Under the pieces are notes generated by a model, which ran no database searches, had not been told where the DNA came from, and saw only the letters and a list, made by a program, of their open reading frames with translations. The translations under genes were made by a program, and so were the position numbers. DNA of 30,272 nucleotides, from sequence record ON239131. One strand, written 5' to 3'. Below are positions 1-9,435 of the stretch, one piece after another. This DNA is from Escherichia phage S164. Position 1 is the stretch's first letter. Each line of letters starts with the position of its first letter.

Positions 1-19
1 GGCGAGGCGGGGAAAGCAC
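1..19. other. cos: cos cohesive-end sequence (left copy)
   Basis: GGCGAGGCGGGGAAAGCAC at the window start. I recall this as the 19-nt P2 cohesive end. Its first 18 nt are repeated at 30255..30272. Confidence 0.85.
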
Positions 20-161
20 TGCGCGCTGGCGGTGGTGCTGATTTTATTTTTTCAGCGTCTGAGCGCGTCGTGATGGCGTTTAGATTGTTCGCCGGGGCGT
101 TGGTGTGTCTGCGGGCTGTTTTGTGCGGTGGTGAGCGTGTGAGGGCGTGATGACGGGGTGT

Positions 162-183
162 AAAAAAGCCGCCCGCAGGCGGC
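162..183 (-). terminator. Rho-independent terminator downstream of Q
   Basis: On the minus strand, stem GCCGCC, loop TGCG, stem GGCGGC (168..183), followed by TTTTTT (162..167). It lies immediately after the Q stop codon. Confidence 0.75.
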
Positions 184-188
184 GATGT

Positions 189-1223
189 TCAGCCGTTGTC
201 AGTGTCCAGTGAGTAGTTTTTAAATCGGATGACCTCCTGACCGAGCCAGCCGTTTATCTCGCGGATCCTGTCCTGTAGCGGGATAAGCTCATTGCGGACA
301 AAGACCTTTGCCACTTTCTCAATATCTCCCAGTGACCCGACGTTCTCCGGCTTGCCGCCCATCAACTGAAAGGGGATGCGATGCGCGTCCAGCAGGTCAG
401 CGGCGCTGGCTTTTTTGATATTAAAAAAATCGTCCTTCGTTGCCACTTCACTGAGCGGGATAATTTTAATGCCGTCGGCTTTCCCCTGTGGGGCATAGAG
501 AAACAGATTTTTAAAGTTATTGCGGCCTTTCGACTTAACCATGTTTTCGCGAAGCATTTCGATATCGTTGCGATCCTGCACGGCATCGGTGACGTACATG
601 ATGTATCCGGCATGAGCGCCGTTTTCGTAATACTTGCGGCGGAACAGCGTGGCCGACTCATTCAGCCAGGCAGAGTTAAGGGCGCTGAGATATTCCGGCA
701 GGCCGTACAGCTCCTGATTAATATCCGGCTCCAGCAGGTGAAACACGGAGCCGGGTGCGAAGGCTGTCGGCTCGTTGAAGGACGGCACCCACCAGTAAAC
801 ATCCTCTTCCACACCACGGCGGGTATATTTTGCCGGTGAGGTTTCCAGTCTGATGACCTTACCGGTGGTGCTGTAACGCTTTTCCAGAAACGCATTACCG
901 AACACCAGAAAATCCAGCACAAAGCGGCTGAAATCCTGCTGAGAAAGCCACGGATGCGGAATAAACGTTGAAGCCAGAATATTGCGTTTAACGTAAATCG
1001 GCGAGCTGTGATGCACGGCAGCACGCAGGCTTTTTGCCAGACCGGTAAAGCTGACCGGCGGCTCATACCATCTGCCGTTACTGATGCACTCGACGTAATC
1101 CAGAATGTCACGGCGGTCGAGTACCGGCACCGGCTCGCCAAAGGTGAATGCCTCCATTTTCGGGGCGCTGGCGGTCATTGTTTTTGCCGCAGGTTGCGGT
1201 GTTTTCCCTTTTTTCTTGCTCAT
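189..1223 (-). CDS. Q: Portal protein
   Basis: 344-aa ORF. The sequence (MSKKKGKTPQPAAKTM...) matches my recollection of P2 gpQ. It sits next to the terminase gene, and its ATG overlaps the P stop codon. Confidence 0.93.
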   Translation of the reverse strand: MSKKKGKTPQPAAKTMTASAPKMEAFTFGEPVPVLDRRDILDYVECISNGRWYEPPVSFTGLAKSLRAAVHHSSPIYVKRNILASTFIPHPWLSQQDFSRFVLDFLVFGNAFLEKRYSTTGKVIRLETSPAKYTRRGVEEDVYWWVPSFNEPTAFAPGSVFHLLEPDINQELYGLPEYLSALNSAWLNESATLFRRKYYENGAHAGYIMYVTDAVQDRNDIEMLRENMVKSKGRNNFKNLFLYAPQGKADGIKIIPLSEVATKDDFFNIKKASAADLLDAHRIPFQLMGGKPENVGSLGDIEKVAKVFVRNELIPLQDRIREINGWLGQEVIRFKNYSLDTDNG

Positions 1224-2995
1224 CAGTAAAACTCCAGAATGGTGGATGTCAGCGGAGTGCTGATACCGGCGGTGAGTGGCTCATTTAACAGGGCGTGCAT
1301 GGTCGCCCAGGCGAGGTCGGCGTGGCTGGCTTCCTCGCTGCGGCTGGCCTCATAGGTGGCGCTGCGTCCGCTGCTGGTCATGGTCTTGCGGATAGCCATA
1401 AACGAGCTGGTGATGTCGGTGGCGCTGACGTCATATTCCAGACAGCCACGGCGGATAACGTCTTTTGCCTTGAGCACCATTGCGGTTTTCATTTCCGGCG
1501 TGTAGCGGATATCGCGCGCGGCGGGATAGAACGAGCGCACGAGCTGGAACACACCGACACCGAGGCCGGTGGCATCAATCCCGATGTATTCAACGTTATA
1601 TTTTTCGGTGAGTTTGCGGATGGATTCTGCCTGGGTGGCAAAGTCCATGCCTTTCCACTGGTGACGCTCAAGGATCCTGAATTTGCCACCGGCCACCACC
1701 GGCGGTGCCAGCACCACGCATCCGGCGCTGTCGCCACGGTGTGACGGGTCGTAACCAATCCATACCGGGCGGGAGCCGAACGGATTTGCGGCAAACGGTG
1801 CATAGTCTTCCCATTCTTCCAGCGTATCGACCATGCAGCGTTGCAGCTCCTCGAACGGGAACACCGACGCTTTGTCGTCAACAAATTCACACATGAACAG
1901 GTTTTTAAAATCGTCGGCGCTGTTTTCACGTTTGAGCTGCTCAATGTCGAACAGCGTGCAGCCGCCTTTCAGCGCGTCCTCAATGGTGACAATCTGCCGC
2001 CACTGGCCGTCCGCACAGAGAAGCCCACCGGCAAGGGCGTTATGACTGACGTCGATTTCCACGCGTTCGGCGGCGCTGGCGCGTCCCCGGTTGAACAGTT
2101 CACCCGACCAGAACGGGTAGGCGTCGTGCGCCAGCGTGGACGGGGTGGAGAAATAGGTCGAGCGCAGGTGACTCTGTGAGGCCATACCTGATGCCACCTT
2201 ACGCAGTACCTGAAAATTCGGGATCCAGAAAATCTCGTCGACGTACAGGTCGCCGTTATGGCTCTGTGCGGTGTTGGAGTTGGTGCCGAGAAAAATCAGT
2301 TTTGCACCGTTATTGCCCAGGACAATCGGGTCACCGGTCAGGTCAACGTCAACCAGCCGGGCAAAGGCAATGATGTATTCGCGGAACACATACGCCTGCG
2401 TTTTACTGGCCGACAGAAAAATCTGGTTATGGCCGGTTTTCAGGGCGCGCAGCAGCGCCTCGCGGGAAAAATAAAACGTCGCGCCAATCTGGCGGGATTT
2501 CAGGATATCGCGGATGCGGTGCTCAAGCCCGGCGCGATACCAGTGCAACTGATAGTCGAAAGACTGCTCAAAGAAAATCTGCTCCAGCTTTTCGATGGCC
2601 TCGTCACTGAAAAAATTCTTTTTCGGTTTGCGACGCCCGCCTTTGTTGCGGTTAGCGACGTTCGGATTAAGGTCTGCCTCGTTGCCGGTCTGACTGTAAC
2701 GGTTGACCCGTGCCAGTCGTTCAATCTGGCGTCCGAGCAGGTCAATTTCCTTGAAGTCACCGCCGGTTTTCTGCGGTTTGATGATGAGCTGGGTCAGCCT
2801 CGCTTCCAGACTCATTTCGACACGGCTGATGGGGGCAACGCTGTCCCAGCCGTCGCGCTGTTTCCAGCTCTGCACCGTCGGGCGTTTCATCTGCAACATG
2901 GCGGCAATCTGCGGCACGGAAAATCCCTGCCAGTACAGCAGCGCCGCCTGACGACGCGGGTCGTGTAAAAGAGTGGTGTCTGTGGTGATGGTCAT
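1223..2995 (-). CDS. P: Terminase large subunit (ATPase/nuclease)
   Basis: The track ORF is 600 aa. I chose the internal ATG at 2995 (MTITTDTTLL...), which has a GAGG Shine-Dalgarno sequence upstream and gives 590 aa, as in P2 gpP. Confidence 0.92.
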   Translation of the reverse strand: MTITTDTTLLHDPRRQAALLYWQGFSVPQIAAMLQMKRPTVQSWKQRDGWDSVAPISRVEMSLEARLTQLIIKPQKTGGDFKEIDLLGRQIERLARVNRYSQTGNEADLNPNVANRNKGGRRKPKKNFFSDEAIEKLEQIFFEQSFDYQLHWYRAGLEHRIRDILKSRQIGATFYFSREALLRALKTGHNQIFLSASKTQAYVFREYIIAFARLVDVDLTGDPIVLGNNGAKLIFLGTNSNTAQSHNGDLYVDEIFWIPNFQVLRKVASGMASQSHLRSTYFSTPSTLAHDAYPFWSGELFNRGRASAAERVEIDVSHNALAGGLLCADGQWRQIVTIEDALKGGCTLFDIEQLKRENSADDFKNLFMCEFVDDKASVFPFEELQRCMVDTLEEWEDYAPFAANPFGSRPVWIGYDPSHRGDSAGCVVLAPPVVAGGKFRILERHQWKGMDFATQAESIRKLTEKYNVEYIGIDATGLGVGVFQLVRSFYPAARDIRYTPEMKTAMVLKAKDVIRRGCLEYDVSATDITSSFMAIRKTMTSSGRSATYEASRSEEASHADLAWATMHALLNEPLTAGISTPLTSTILEFY

Positions 2996-3168
2996 GAATA
3001 CCTCGCCGTGATGAATACACGGCAAGGCTACTGAGTCGCGCCCCGCGATTCGCTAAGGTGCTGTTGTGTCAGTGATAAGCCATCCGGGACTGATGGCGGA
3101 GGATGCGCATCGTCGGGAAACTGATGCCGACATGTGACTCCTCTAATCACTATTCAGGACTCCTGACA
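2996..3168. promoter_or_regulatory. Divergent late-promoter region (PP leftward, PO rightward)
   Basis: 173-nt gap between the divergent P and O genes, which is where the Ogr-dependent PP and PO promoters lie in P2. At 3064..3085 it contains TTGTGTCAGTGATAAGCCATCC, which aligns 16/22 with a motif upstream of FI (14958..14979). Exact -10 elements and transcription starts were not resolved. Confidence 0.55.
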
Positions 3169-4023
3169 ATGGCAAAAAAAGTCTCAAAATTCTTTCGTAT
3201 CGGCGTTGAGGGTGACACCTGTGACGGGCGTGTCATCAGTGCGCAGGATATTCAGGAAATGGCCGAAACCTTTGACCCGCGAGTCTATGGTTGCCGCATT
3301 AACCTGGAACATCTGCGCGGCATCCTGCCTGACGGTATTTTTAAGCGTTATGGCGATGTGGCCGAACTGAAGGCCGAAAAGATTGACGATGATTCGGCGC
3401 TGAAAGGCAAATGGGCGCTGTTTGCGAAAATCACCCCGACCGATGACCTTATCGCGATGAACAAGGCCGCGCAGAAGGTCTATACCTCAATGGAAATTCA
3501 GCCGAACTTTGCCAATACCGGCAAATGTTATCTGGTGGGTCTGGCCGTCACCGATGACCCGGCAAGCCTCGGCACGGAATACCTGGAATTCTGCCGCACG
3601 GCAAAACACAACCCCCTGAACCGCTTCAAATTAAGCCCTGAAAACCTGATTTCAGTGGCAACGCCTGTTGAGCTGGAATTTGAAGACCTGCCTGAAACCG
3701 TGTTCACCGCCCTGACCGAAAAGGTGAAATCCATTTTTGGCCGCAAACAGGCCAGCGATGACGCCCGTCTGAATGACGTGCATGAAGCGGTGACCGCTGT
3801 TGCTGAACATGTGCAGGAAAAACTGAGCGCCACTGAGCAGCGCCTCGCTGAGATGGAAACCGCCTTTTCCGCACTTAAGCAGGATGTGACTGACAGGGCG
3901 GATGAAACCAGCCAGGCATTCACCCGCCTGAAAAACAGTCTCGACCACACCGAAAGTCTGACCCAGCAGCGCCGCAGCAAGGCCACCGGTGGTGGCGGTG
4001 ACGCCCTGATGACGAACTGCTGA
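3169..4023 (+). CDS. O: Capsid scaffolding protein
   Basis: Start taken at MAKKVSKFFRIG, inside track ORF 3103..4023, giving 284 aa as in P2 gpO. The C-terminal half looks coiled-coil and the gene lies just before the major capsid gene. Confidence 0.9.
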   Translation: MAKKVSKFFRIGVEGDTCDGRVISAQDIQEMAETFDPRVYGCRINLEHLRGILPDGIFKRYGDVAELKAEKIDDDSALKGKWALFAKITPTDDLIAMNKAAQKVYTSMEIQPNFANTGKCYLVGLAVTDDPASLGTEYLEFCRTAKHNPLNRFKLSPENLISVATPVELEFEDLPETVFTALTEKVKSIFGRKQASDDARLNDVHEAVTAVAEHVQEKLSATEQRLAEMETAFSALKQDVTDRADETSQAFTRLKNSLDHTESLTQQRRSKATGGGGDALMTNC

Positions 4024-4081
4024 CCGGCGTCAGTCAGTCCGGGAAAACCTTCACGATTAACCCTTAATTTCAGGAAAAACT

Positions 4082-5155
4082 ATGCGCCAGGAAACCCGCT
4101 TTAAATTTAATGCCTACCTGTCCCGTGTTGCCGAACTGAACGGCATCGACGCCGGTGATGTGTCGAAAAAATTCACCGTTGAACCGTCGGTCACCCAGAC
4201 CCTGATGAACACCATGCAGGAGTCCTCTGATTTTCTGACCCGCATCAACATTGTGCCGGTCAGCGAAATGAAAGGGGAAAAAATTGGTATTGGTGTCACC
4301 GGCTCCATCGCCAGCACCACCGACACCGCCGGTGGCACCGAGCGTCAGCCGAAGGACTTCTCGAAGCTGGCGTCCAGTAAGTACGAATGCGACCAGATTA
4401 ACTTCGATTTTTATATCCGCTACAAAACGCTGGACCTGTGGGCGCGTTATCAGGATTTCCAGCTCCGTGTCCGTAACGCCATTATCAAACGTCAGTCCCT
4501 TGATTTAATCATGGCCGGTTTTAACGGCGTGAAGCGTGCCGAAACCTCTGACCGCAGCAGCAATCCGATGCTGCAGGATGTGGCGGTCGGCTGGCTGCAG
4601 AAATACCGCAATGAAGCCCCGGCGCGCGTGATGAGCAAGGTTACTGACGAGGAAGGTCACACCACCTCTGAGGTCATCCGCGTGGGTAAGGGCGGTGATT
4701 ATGCCAGCCTCGATGCACTGGTGATGGATGCGACCAACAACCTGATTGAGCCGTGGTATCAGGAAGACCCTGACCTTGTGGTGATTGTGGGGCGTCAGTT
4801 ACTGGCGGACAAGTATTTCCCCATCGTTAACAAGGAGCAGGACAACAGCGAAATGCTGGCCGCTGACGTCATCATCAGCCAGAAACGCATCGGTAACCTG
4901 CCGGCGGTACGCGTCCCGTACTTCCCGGCGGATGCGATGCTCATCACGAAGCTGGAAAACCTGTCCATCTACTACATGGATGACAGCCATCGCCGCGTGA
5001 TTGAGGAAAACCCGAAACTCGACCGCGTGGAGAACTACGAGTCAATGAACATTGATTACGTGGTGGAAGACTACGCCGCCGGTTGTCTGGTGGAAAAAAT
5101 TAAGGTCGGTGACTTCTCCACACCGACTAAAGTGACCGCAGAGCCGGGAGCGTAA
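4082..5155 (+). CDS. N: Major capsid protein
   Basis: 357 aa, with the same length and position as P2 gpN. An AGGAAAAA Shine-Dalgarno-like sequence lies upstream. Confidence 0.93.
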   Translation: MRQETRFKFNAYLSRVAELNGIDAGDVSKKFTVEPSVTQTLMNTMQESSDFLTRINIVPVSEMKGEKIGIGVTGSIASTTDTAGGTERQPKDFSKLASSKYECDQINFDFYIRYKTLDLWARYQDFQLRVRNAIIKRQSLDLIMAGFNGVKRAETSDRSSNPMLQDVAVGWLQKYRNEAPARVMSKVTDEEGHTTSEVIRVGKGGDYASLDALVMDATNNLIEPWYQEDPDLVVIVGRQLLADKYFPIVNKEQDNSEMLAADVIISQKRIGNLPAVRVPYFPADAMLITKLENLSIYYMDDSHRRVIEENPKLDRVENYESMNIDYVVEDYAAGCLVEKIKVGDFSTPTKVTAEPGA

Positions 5156-5158
5156 CCG

Positions 5159-5902
5159 ATGACGAGTCCCGCACAGCGCCACATGATGCGGGTCTCGGCA
5201 GCGATGACCGCGCAGCGGGACGCCGCCCCGCTGCGACATGCAACTGTCTATGAGCAGATGCTGGTCAAGCTGGCCGCAGACCAGCGCACACTGAAAGCGA
5301 TTTATTCAAAAGAGCTGAAGGCCGCGAAAAAACGCGAACTGCTGCCGTTCTGGTTGCCGTGGGTGAACGGCGTGCTGGAGCAGGGCAAAGGTGCACAGGA
5401 TGACATTCTGATGACGGTCATGCTGTGGCGTCTGGATACCGGCGATATTGCCGGTGCGCTGGAGATTGCCCGTTATGCCCTGAAGTACGGTCTGACCATG
5501 CCGGGTAAACACCGCCGCACCCCGCCGTACATGTTCACCGAGGAGGTGGCGCTTGCGGCCATGCGCGCTCACGCTGCCGGTGAGTCTGTGGATCCCCGCC
5601 TGCTGACGGACACCCTCGAACTGACCGCCACGGCTGACATGCCTGATGAAGTGCGCGCAAAGCTGCACAAAATCACCGGTCTGTTTCTGCGTGACGCTGG
5701 TGATGCCGCAGGTGCGCTGGTACACCTGCAACGTGCGACACAGCTCGACTGTCAGGCAGGCGTCAAAAAAGAGATTGAACGACTGGAGCGGGAGCTGAAA
5801 CCGAAGCCGGAGCCGCAGCCCAAAGCGGCCACCCGCACTCCGCGTAAGACCCGGAGCGTGACACCGGCAAAACGTGGACGCCCGAAAAAGAAAACCAGTT
5901 AA
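5159..5902 (+). CDS. M: Terminase small subunit
   Basis: 247 aa, in the P2 gpM position. It has a basic, proline-rich C-terminal tail (KPKPEPQPKAATRTPRKTRSVTPAKRGRPKKKTS). Confidence 0.9.
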   Translation: MTSPAQRHMMRVSAAMTAQRDAAPLRHATVYEQMLVKLAADQRTLKAIYSKELKAAKKRELLPFWLPWVNGVLEQGKGAQDDILMTVMLWRLDTGDIAGALEIARYALKYGLTMPGKHRRTPPYMFTEEVALAAMRAHAAGESVDPRLLTDTLELTATADMPDEVRAKLHKITGLFLRDAGDAAGALVHLQRATQLDCQAGVKKEIERLERELKPKPEPQPKAATRTPRKTRSVTPAKRGRPKKKTS

Positions 5903-6001
5903 CAACCGAATGCGCCCCGCGCCAGGGCGGCACGCCGGTCAGTGAGGGTGAATCACCTGACACTGCACCGGCGTCCACCGCCCGACTTTTCAGAGGTGGT
6001 C

Positions 6002-6511
6002 ATGATGACGCTGATTATTCCGCGAAAGGAGGCTCCCGTGTCCGGTGAGGGTACGGTGGTCATCCCGCAACCGGCAGGCGACGAGCCGGTGATTAAAAAC
6101 ACGTTCTTTTTTCCCGATATCGACCCGAAGCGCGTCCGGGAACGTATGCGCCTTGAGCAGACCGTCGCCCCCGCCCGTCTGCGTGAGGCCATCAAGTCAG
6201 GCATGGCTGAAACAAATGCGGAGCTGTACGAGTACCGCGAACAGAAAATTGCCGCCGGTTTTACGCGTCTGGCGGACGTTCCGGCGGACGACATCGACGG
6301 TGAAAGTATCAAAGTTTTTTACTACGAGCGCGCCGTGTGTGCGATGGCGACCGCGTCGCTTTATGAGCGTTATCGCGGCGTGGATGCCAGTGCGAAAGGC
6401 GACAAGAAGGCTGACAGCATTGACAGCACCATTGATGAACTGTGGCGGGATATGCGCTGGGCGGTGGCGCGTATCCAGGACAAGCCGCGCTGCATCGTGA
6501 GTCAAATCTGA
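6002..6511 (+). CDS. L: Head completion / stabilisation protein
   Basis: Start taken at MMTLIIPRKEAP, inside track ORF 5942..6511, giving 169 aa as in P2 gpL. Confidence 0.85.
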   Translation: MMTLIIPRKEAPVSGEGTVVIPQPAGDEPVIKNTFFFPDIDPKRVRERMRLEQTVAPARLREAIKSGMAETNAELYEYREQKIAAGFTRLADVPADDIDGESIKVFYYERAVCAMATASLYERYRGVDASAKGDKKADSIDSTIDELWRDMRWAVARIQDKPRCIVSQI

Positions 6512-6714
6512 TGAAGACCTTTGCGCTACAGGGCGACACGCTCGACGCCATTTGTGTCCGGTATTACGGGCGCACTGAGGGCGTGGTTGAGACCGTGCTC
6601 GCCGCAAATCCGGGACTGGCTGAACTGGGTGCGGTGCTGCCACACGGCACCGCCGTCGAACTGCCCGACGTTCAGACCGCGCCCGTGGCTGAAACTGTCA
6701 ATCTGTGGGAGTAA
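6511..6714 (+). CDS. X: Tail protein X (LysM-like)
   Basis: 67 aa starting at MKTFALQGDTLDAICVRYYG, with the ATG overlapping the L stop (ATGA). The LysM-like motif and the position match P2 gpX. Confidence 0.88.
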   Translation: MKTFALQGDTLDAICVRYYGRTEGVVETVLAANPGLAELGAVLPHGTAVELPDVQTAPVAETVNLWE

Positions 6715-6717
6715 CGC

Positions 6718-6999
6718 ATGACAGCAGAAGAAAAAAGCGTCCTGTCGCTTTTCATGATTGGGGTGCTGATTGTTGTCGGCAAGGTGCTTGCCGGTGGTGA
6801 ACCCATCACCCCGCGTCTGTTTATCGGGCGCATGTTGCTCGGTGGTTTTGTCTCGATGGTTGCCGGTGTTGTTCTGGTGCAGTTTCCTGACCTGTCACTG
6901 CCTGCAGTGTGCGGCATCGGCTCCATGCTGGGTATCGCCGGTTATCAGGTGATTGAGATTGCCATTCAGCGCCGCTTTAAGGGCAGGGGGAAACCGTAA
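6718..6999 (+). CDS. Y: Holin
   Basis: 93 aa with hydrophobic segments and a basic C-terminus, located directly upstream of the endolysin gene as in P2. Confidence 0.88.
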   Translation: MTAEEKSVLSLFMIGVLIVVGKVLAGGEPITPRLFIGRMLLGGFVSMVAGVVLVQFPDLSLPAVCGIGSMLGIAGYQVIEIAIQRRFKGRGKP

Positions 7000-7496
7000 T
7001 GCCGGTAATTAACACGCATCAGAATATCGCCGCCTTTCTCGACATGCTGGCGGTATCCGAAGGGACGGCAAATCATCCGCTGACGAAAAACCGTGGCTAT
7101 GACGTGATAGTCACCGGACTGGACGGGAAGCCGGAAATTTTCACCGACTACAGTGACCACCCGTTCGCGCATGGCCGACCGGCGAAGGTGTTTAACCGTC
7201 GCGGTGAAAAATCCACGGCCTCCGGTCGCTATCAGCAGCTTTACCTGTTCTGGCCGCATTACCGCAAACAGCTTGCCCTGCCGGATTTCAGTCCGTTGTC
7301 ACAGGACAGACTCGCCATTCAGTTGATCCGCGAACGCGGTGCGCTGGATGACATCCGGGCGGGACGCATTGAGCGCGCCATTTCACGCTGTCGCAATATC
7401 TGGGCGTCCCTGCCGGGTGCCGGTTACGGTCAGCGTGAGCATTCACTGGAAAAACTGGTCACCGTCTGGCGTACCGCTGGCGGCGTACCGGCTTAA
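6999..7496 (+). CDS. K: Endolysin (lambda R-like lytic transglycosylase/lysozyme fold)
   Basis: 165 aa. The motifs FLDMLAVSEGT, GYDVIV, FTDYSDHP and NIWASLPGAGYGQ closely parallel lambda R and P2 gpK. Confidence 0.92.
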   Translation: MPVINTHQNIAAFLDMLAVSEGTANHPLTKNRGYDVIVTGLDGKPEIFTDYSDHPFAHGRPAKVFNRRGEKSTASGRYQQLYLFWPHYRKQLALPDFSPLSQDRLAIQLIRERGALDDIRAGRIERAISRCRNIWASLPGAGYGQREHSLEKLVTVWRTAGGVPA

Positions 7497-7510
7497 ACGG
7501 AGTAAACACC

Positions 7511-7936
7511 ATGAAGAAATTATCCCTTTCACTGATGCTGAACGTGTCGCTGGCGCTGATGCTGGCACTGTCCCTGATTTACCCGCAGAGCGTGGCCGTC
7601 AATTTTGTCGCCGCCTGGGCGATTCTGGCGATGGTTATCTGTGTGGTTGTCGGTGGTGTCGGCGTGTATGCCACTGAGTATGTGCTGGAACGCTACGGGC
7701 GGGAGCTGCCGCCGGAATCGCTGGCCGTGAAGATTGTCACGTCGCTGTTTTTGCAGCCGGTGCCGTGGCGCAGACGGGCGGCGGCTCTGGTAGTGATGGT
7801 GGCGACGTTTATCTCGCTGGTTGCCGCCGGGTGGATTTTTACTGCGCTGATTTATCTCGTGGCGTCGCTGTTTTTCCGGCTGATACGTACGGCCTGCCGT
7901 CAGCGTCTTGAGGGGCGGGAACTATGTCAAAGCTGA
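7511..7936 (+). CDS. lysA: Lysis-timing membrane protein LysA
   Basis: 141 aa, a multi-spanning hydrophobic protein in the P2 lysA position. Confidence 0.8.
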   Translation: MKKLSLSLMLNVSLALMLALSLIYPQSVAVNFVAAWAILAMVICVVVGGVGVYATEYVLERYGRELPPESLAVKIVTSLFLQPVPWRRRAAALVVMVATFISLVAAGWIFTALIYLVASLFFRLIRTACRQRLEGRELCQS

Positions 7937-8349
7937 TGATTGTGCTGGTCGTGTTGTTATCGCTGGCGGTGGCCGGTCTGTTTCTGGTGAAACACAAAAA
8001 TGCCAGCCTGCGCGCCTCGCTGGGCAGGGCGAATAACGTCGCCAGTGAACAGCTGACGACCATCACCATGCTGAAAAATCAGCTTCATGTTGCGCTCACC
8101 AGAGCAGACAAAAACGAGCTGGCGCAGGTGGCACTGCGTCAGGAACTGGAGAACACCGCGAAGCGTGAAGCACAGCGCGAGAAAACCATCACGAGGTTAC
8201 TCAATGAAAACGAAGATTTTCGCCGCTGGTACGGCGCTGGCCTGCCTGATGCTGTGCGCCGGTTGCACCAGCGCCCGGCCTGCACCGACGCCAGTGATTG
8301 TCGCCAACGCCTGCCCGAAAGTGAGCCTTTGCCCGATGCCGGGCAGTGA
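7924..8349 (+). CDS. lysB: Spanin, inner-membrane subunit (Rz-like) LysB
   Basis: 141 aa with an N-terminal TM helix followed by a charged coiled-coil region. It contains the embedded lysC frame. Confidence 0.85.
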   Translation: MSKLMIVLVVLLSLAVAGLFLVKHKNASLRASLGRANNVASEQLTTITMLKNQLHVALTRADKNELAQVALRQELENTAKREAQREKTITRLLNENEDFRRWYGAGLPDAVRRLHQRPACTDASDCRQRLPESEPLPDAGQ

Positions 8350-8494
8350 CCCGGAGACGAACGGCGATTTAAGTGCCGATATCCGACAGCTTGAGAACGC
8401 GCTGGCACGCTGTGCCAGCCAGGTAAAAATGATTAAACACTGTCAGGACGAAAACGATGCTCAAACCCGACAGCCTGCGCAGGGCGCTGACTGA
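8204..8494 (+). CDS. lysC: Spanin, outer-membrane lipoprotein subunit (Rz1-like) LysC, embedded/overlapping in the +1 frame of lysB
   Basis: ATG at 8204 with a GAGG Shine-Dalgarno sequence 8 nt upstream. The N-terminus is MKTKIFAAGTALACLMLCAGC, a signal peptide ending in a Cys, and the mature part is proline-rich. It is 96 aa, as I recall for P2 LysC. Confidence 0.8.
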   Translation: MKTKIFAAGTALACLMLCAGCTSARPAPTPVIVANACPKVSLCPMPGSDPETNGDLSADIRQLENALARCASQVKMIKHCQDENDAQTRQPAQGAD

Positions 8495-8924
8495 TGCCGT
8501 CACGGTGCTGAAAACCAGCCCCGAGATGCTGCGGATATTCGTGGATAACGGGAGTATTGCCTCCACACTGGCGGCGTCGTTGTCATTCGAAAAGCGTTAC
8601 ACGCTCAATGTGATTGTGACCGACTTTACCGGTGATTTTGACCTGCTCATCGTGCCGGTGCTGGCGTGGCTGCGGGAAAATCAGCCCGACATCATGACCA
8701 CCGACGAAGGCCAGAAAAAAGGTTTCACGTTTTATGCAGACATCAACAATGACAGCAGCTTTGATATCAGCATCAGCCTGATGCTGACCGAGCGCACGCT
8801 GGTCAGCGAGGTTGACGGTGCGCTGCATGTGAAGAATATCCCGGAACCCCCGCCGCCGGAGCCGGTCACCCGCCCGGTGGAGCTTTATATCAATGGCGAA
8901 CTGGTGAGCAAGTGGGATGAATGA
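8457..8924 (+). CDS. R: Tail completion protein
   Basis: 155 aa, matching P2 gpR in position and length. Confidence 0.88.
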   Translation: MLKPDSLRRALTDAVTVLKTSPEMLRIFVDNGSIASTLAASLSFEKRYTLNVIVTDFTGDFDLLIVPVLAWLRENQPDIMTTDEGQKKGFTFYADINNDSSFDISISLMLTERTLVSEVDGALHVKNIPEPPPPEPVTRPVELYINGELVSKWDE

Positions 8925-9369
8925 GTTTAAGCGTTTTGAAGACCGGCTGACCGGACTGACTGAATCGCTGTCACCGTCAGGGCGTCGGCGACTGAGCGCC
9001 GAACTGGCGAAACGTCTGCGTCAGAGTCAGCAGCGTCGGGTGATGGCACAGAAAGCCCCGGACGGCACACCCTACGCGCCACGCCAGCAGCAGAGCGCCA
9101 GAAAAAAGACTGGTCGTGTTAAGCGAAAAATGTTTGCGAAACTTATCACCAGTCGTTTTTTGCATATCCGCGCCAGCCCGGAACAGGCATCAATGGAATT
9201 TTACGGCGGGAAGTCGCCGAAAATCGCCAGTGTGCATCAGTTCGGTCTGTCGGAAGAAACCCGGAAAGACGGTAAGAAAATTGATTATCCGGCGCGTCCT
9301 CTGCTCGGCTTTACCGGTGAGGATGTGCAGATGATTGAAGAGATTATCCTGGCTCACCTCGACCGTTAG
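8917..9369 (+). CDS. S: Tail completion protein
   Basis: 150 aa, matching P2 gpS in position and length. It overlaps the end of R. Confidence 0.88.
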   Translation: MNEFKRFEDRLTGLTESLSPSGRRRLSAELAKRLRQSQQRRVMAQKAPDGTPYAPRQQQSARKKTGRVKRKMFAKLITSRFLHIRASPEQASMEFYGGKSPKIASVHQFGLSEETRKDGKKIDYPARPLLGFTGEDVQMIEEIILAHLDR

Positions 9370-9435
9370 TTGTGCCATCCCCGACACCTCATCGTCACAT
9401 TGCCGCCGGTATGACCCGGCGGCATCCTTCCCGTT
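9370..9435 (+). promoter_or_regulatory. S-V intergenic control region (candidate late promoter PV elements plus a perfect hairpin)
   Basis: TTGTGCCATCCC at 9370..9381 matches TTGTGTCATCCC upstream of FI at 11 of 12 positions. A perfect 9-bp hairpin, TGCCGCCGG-tatgac-CCGGCGGCA, lies at 9401..9424. P2 has a late promoter (PV) before V. The exact promoter architecture was not resolved. Confidence 0.45.

Noticed and set aside
362-1141. Long antisense or alternative-frame ORFs inside backbone genes. Examples are 362..661, 381..839 and 662..1141. The same applies to 2258..2968, 5306..5905, 6197..6643, 9190..9738, 10939..11550, 18789..19418, 20099..20808 and similar.
   Set aside because: They lie wholly within strongly supported P2-family genes. 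Their composition is Arg/Ser/Pro/Cys-rich and typical of shadow frames in GC-rich coding DNA. They lack Shine-Dalgarno sequences and have no recognisable motifs.
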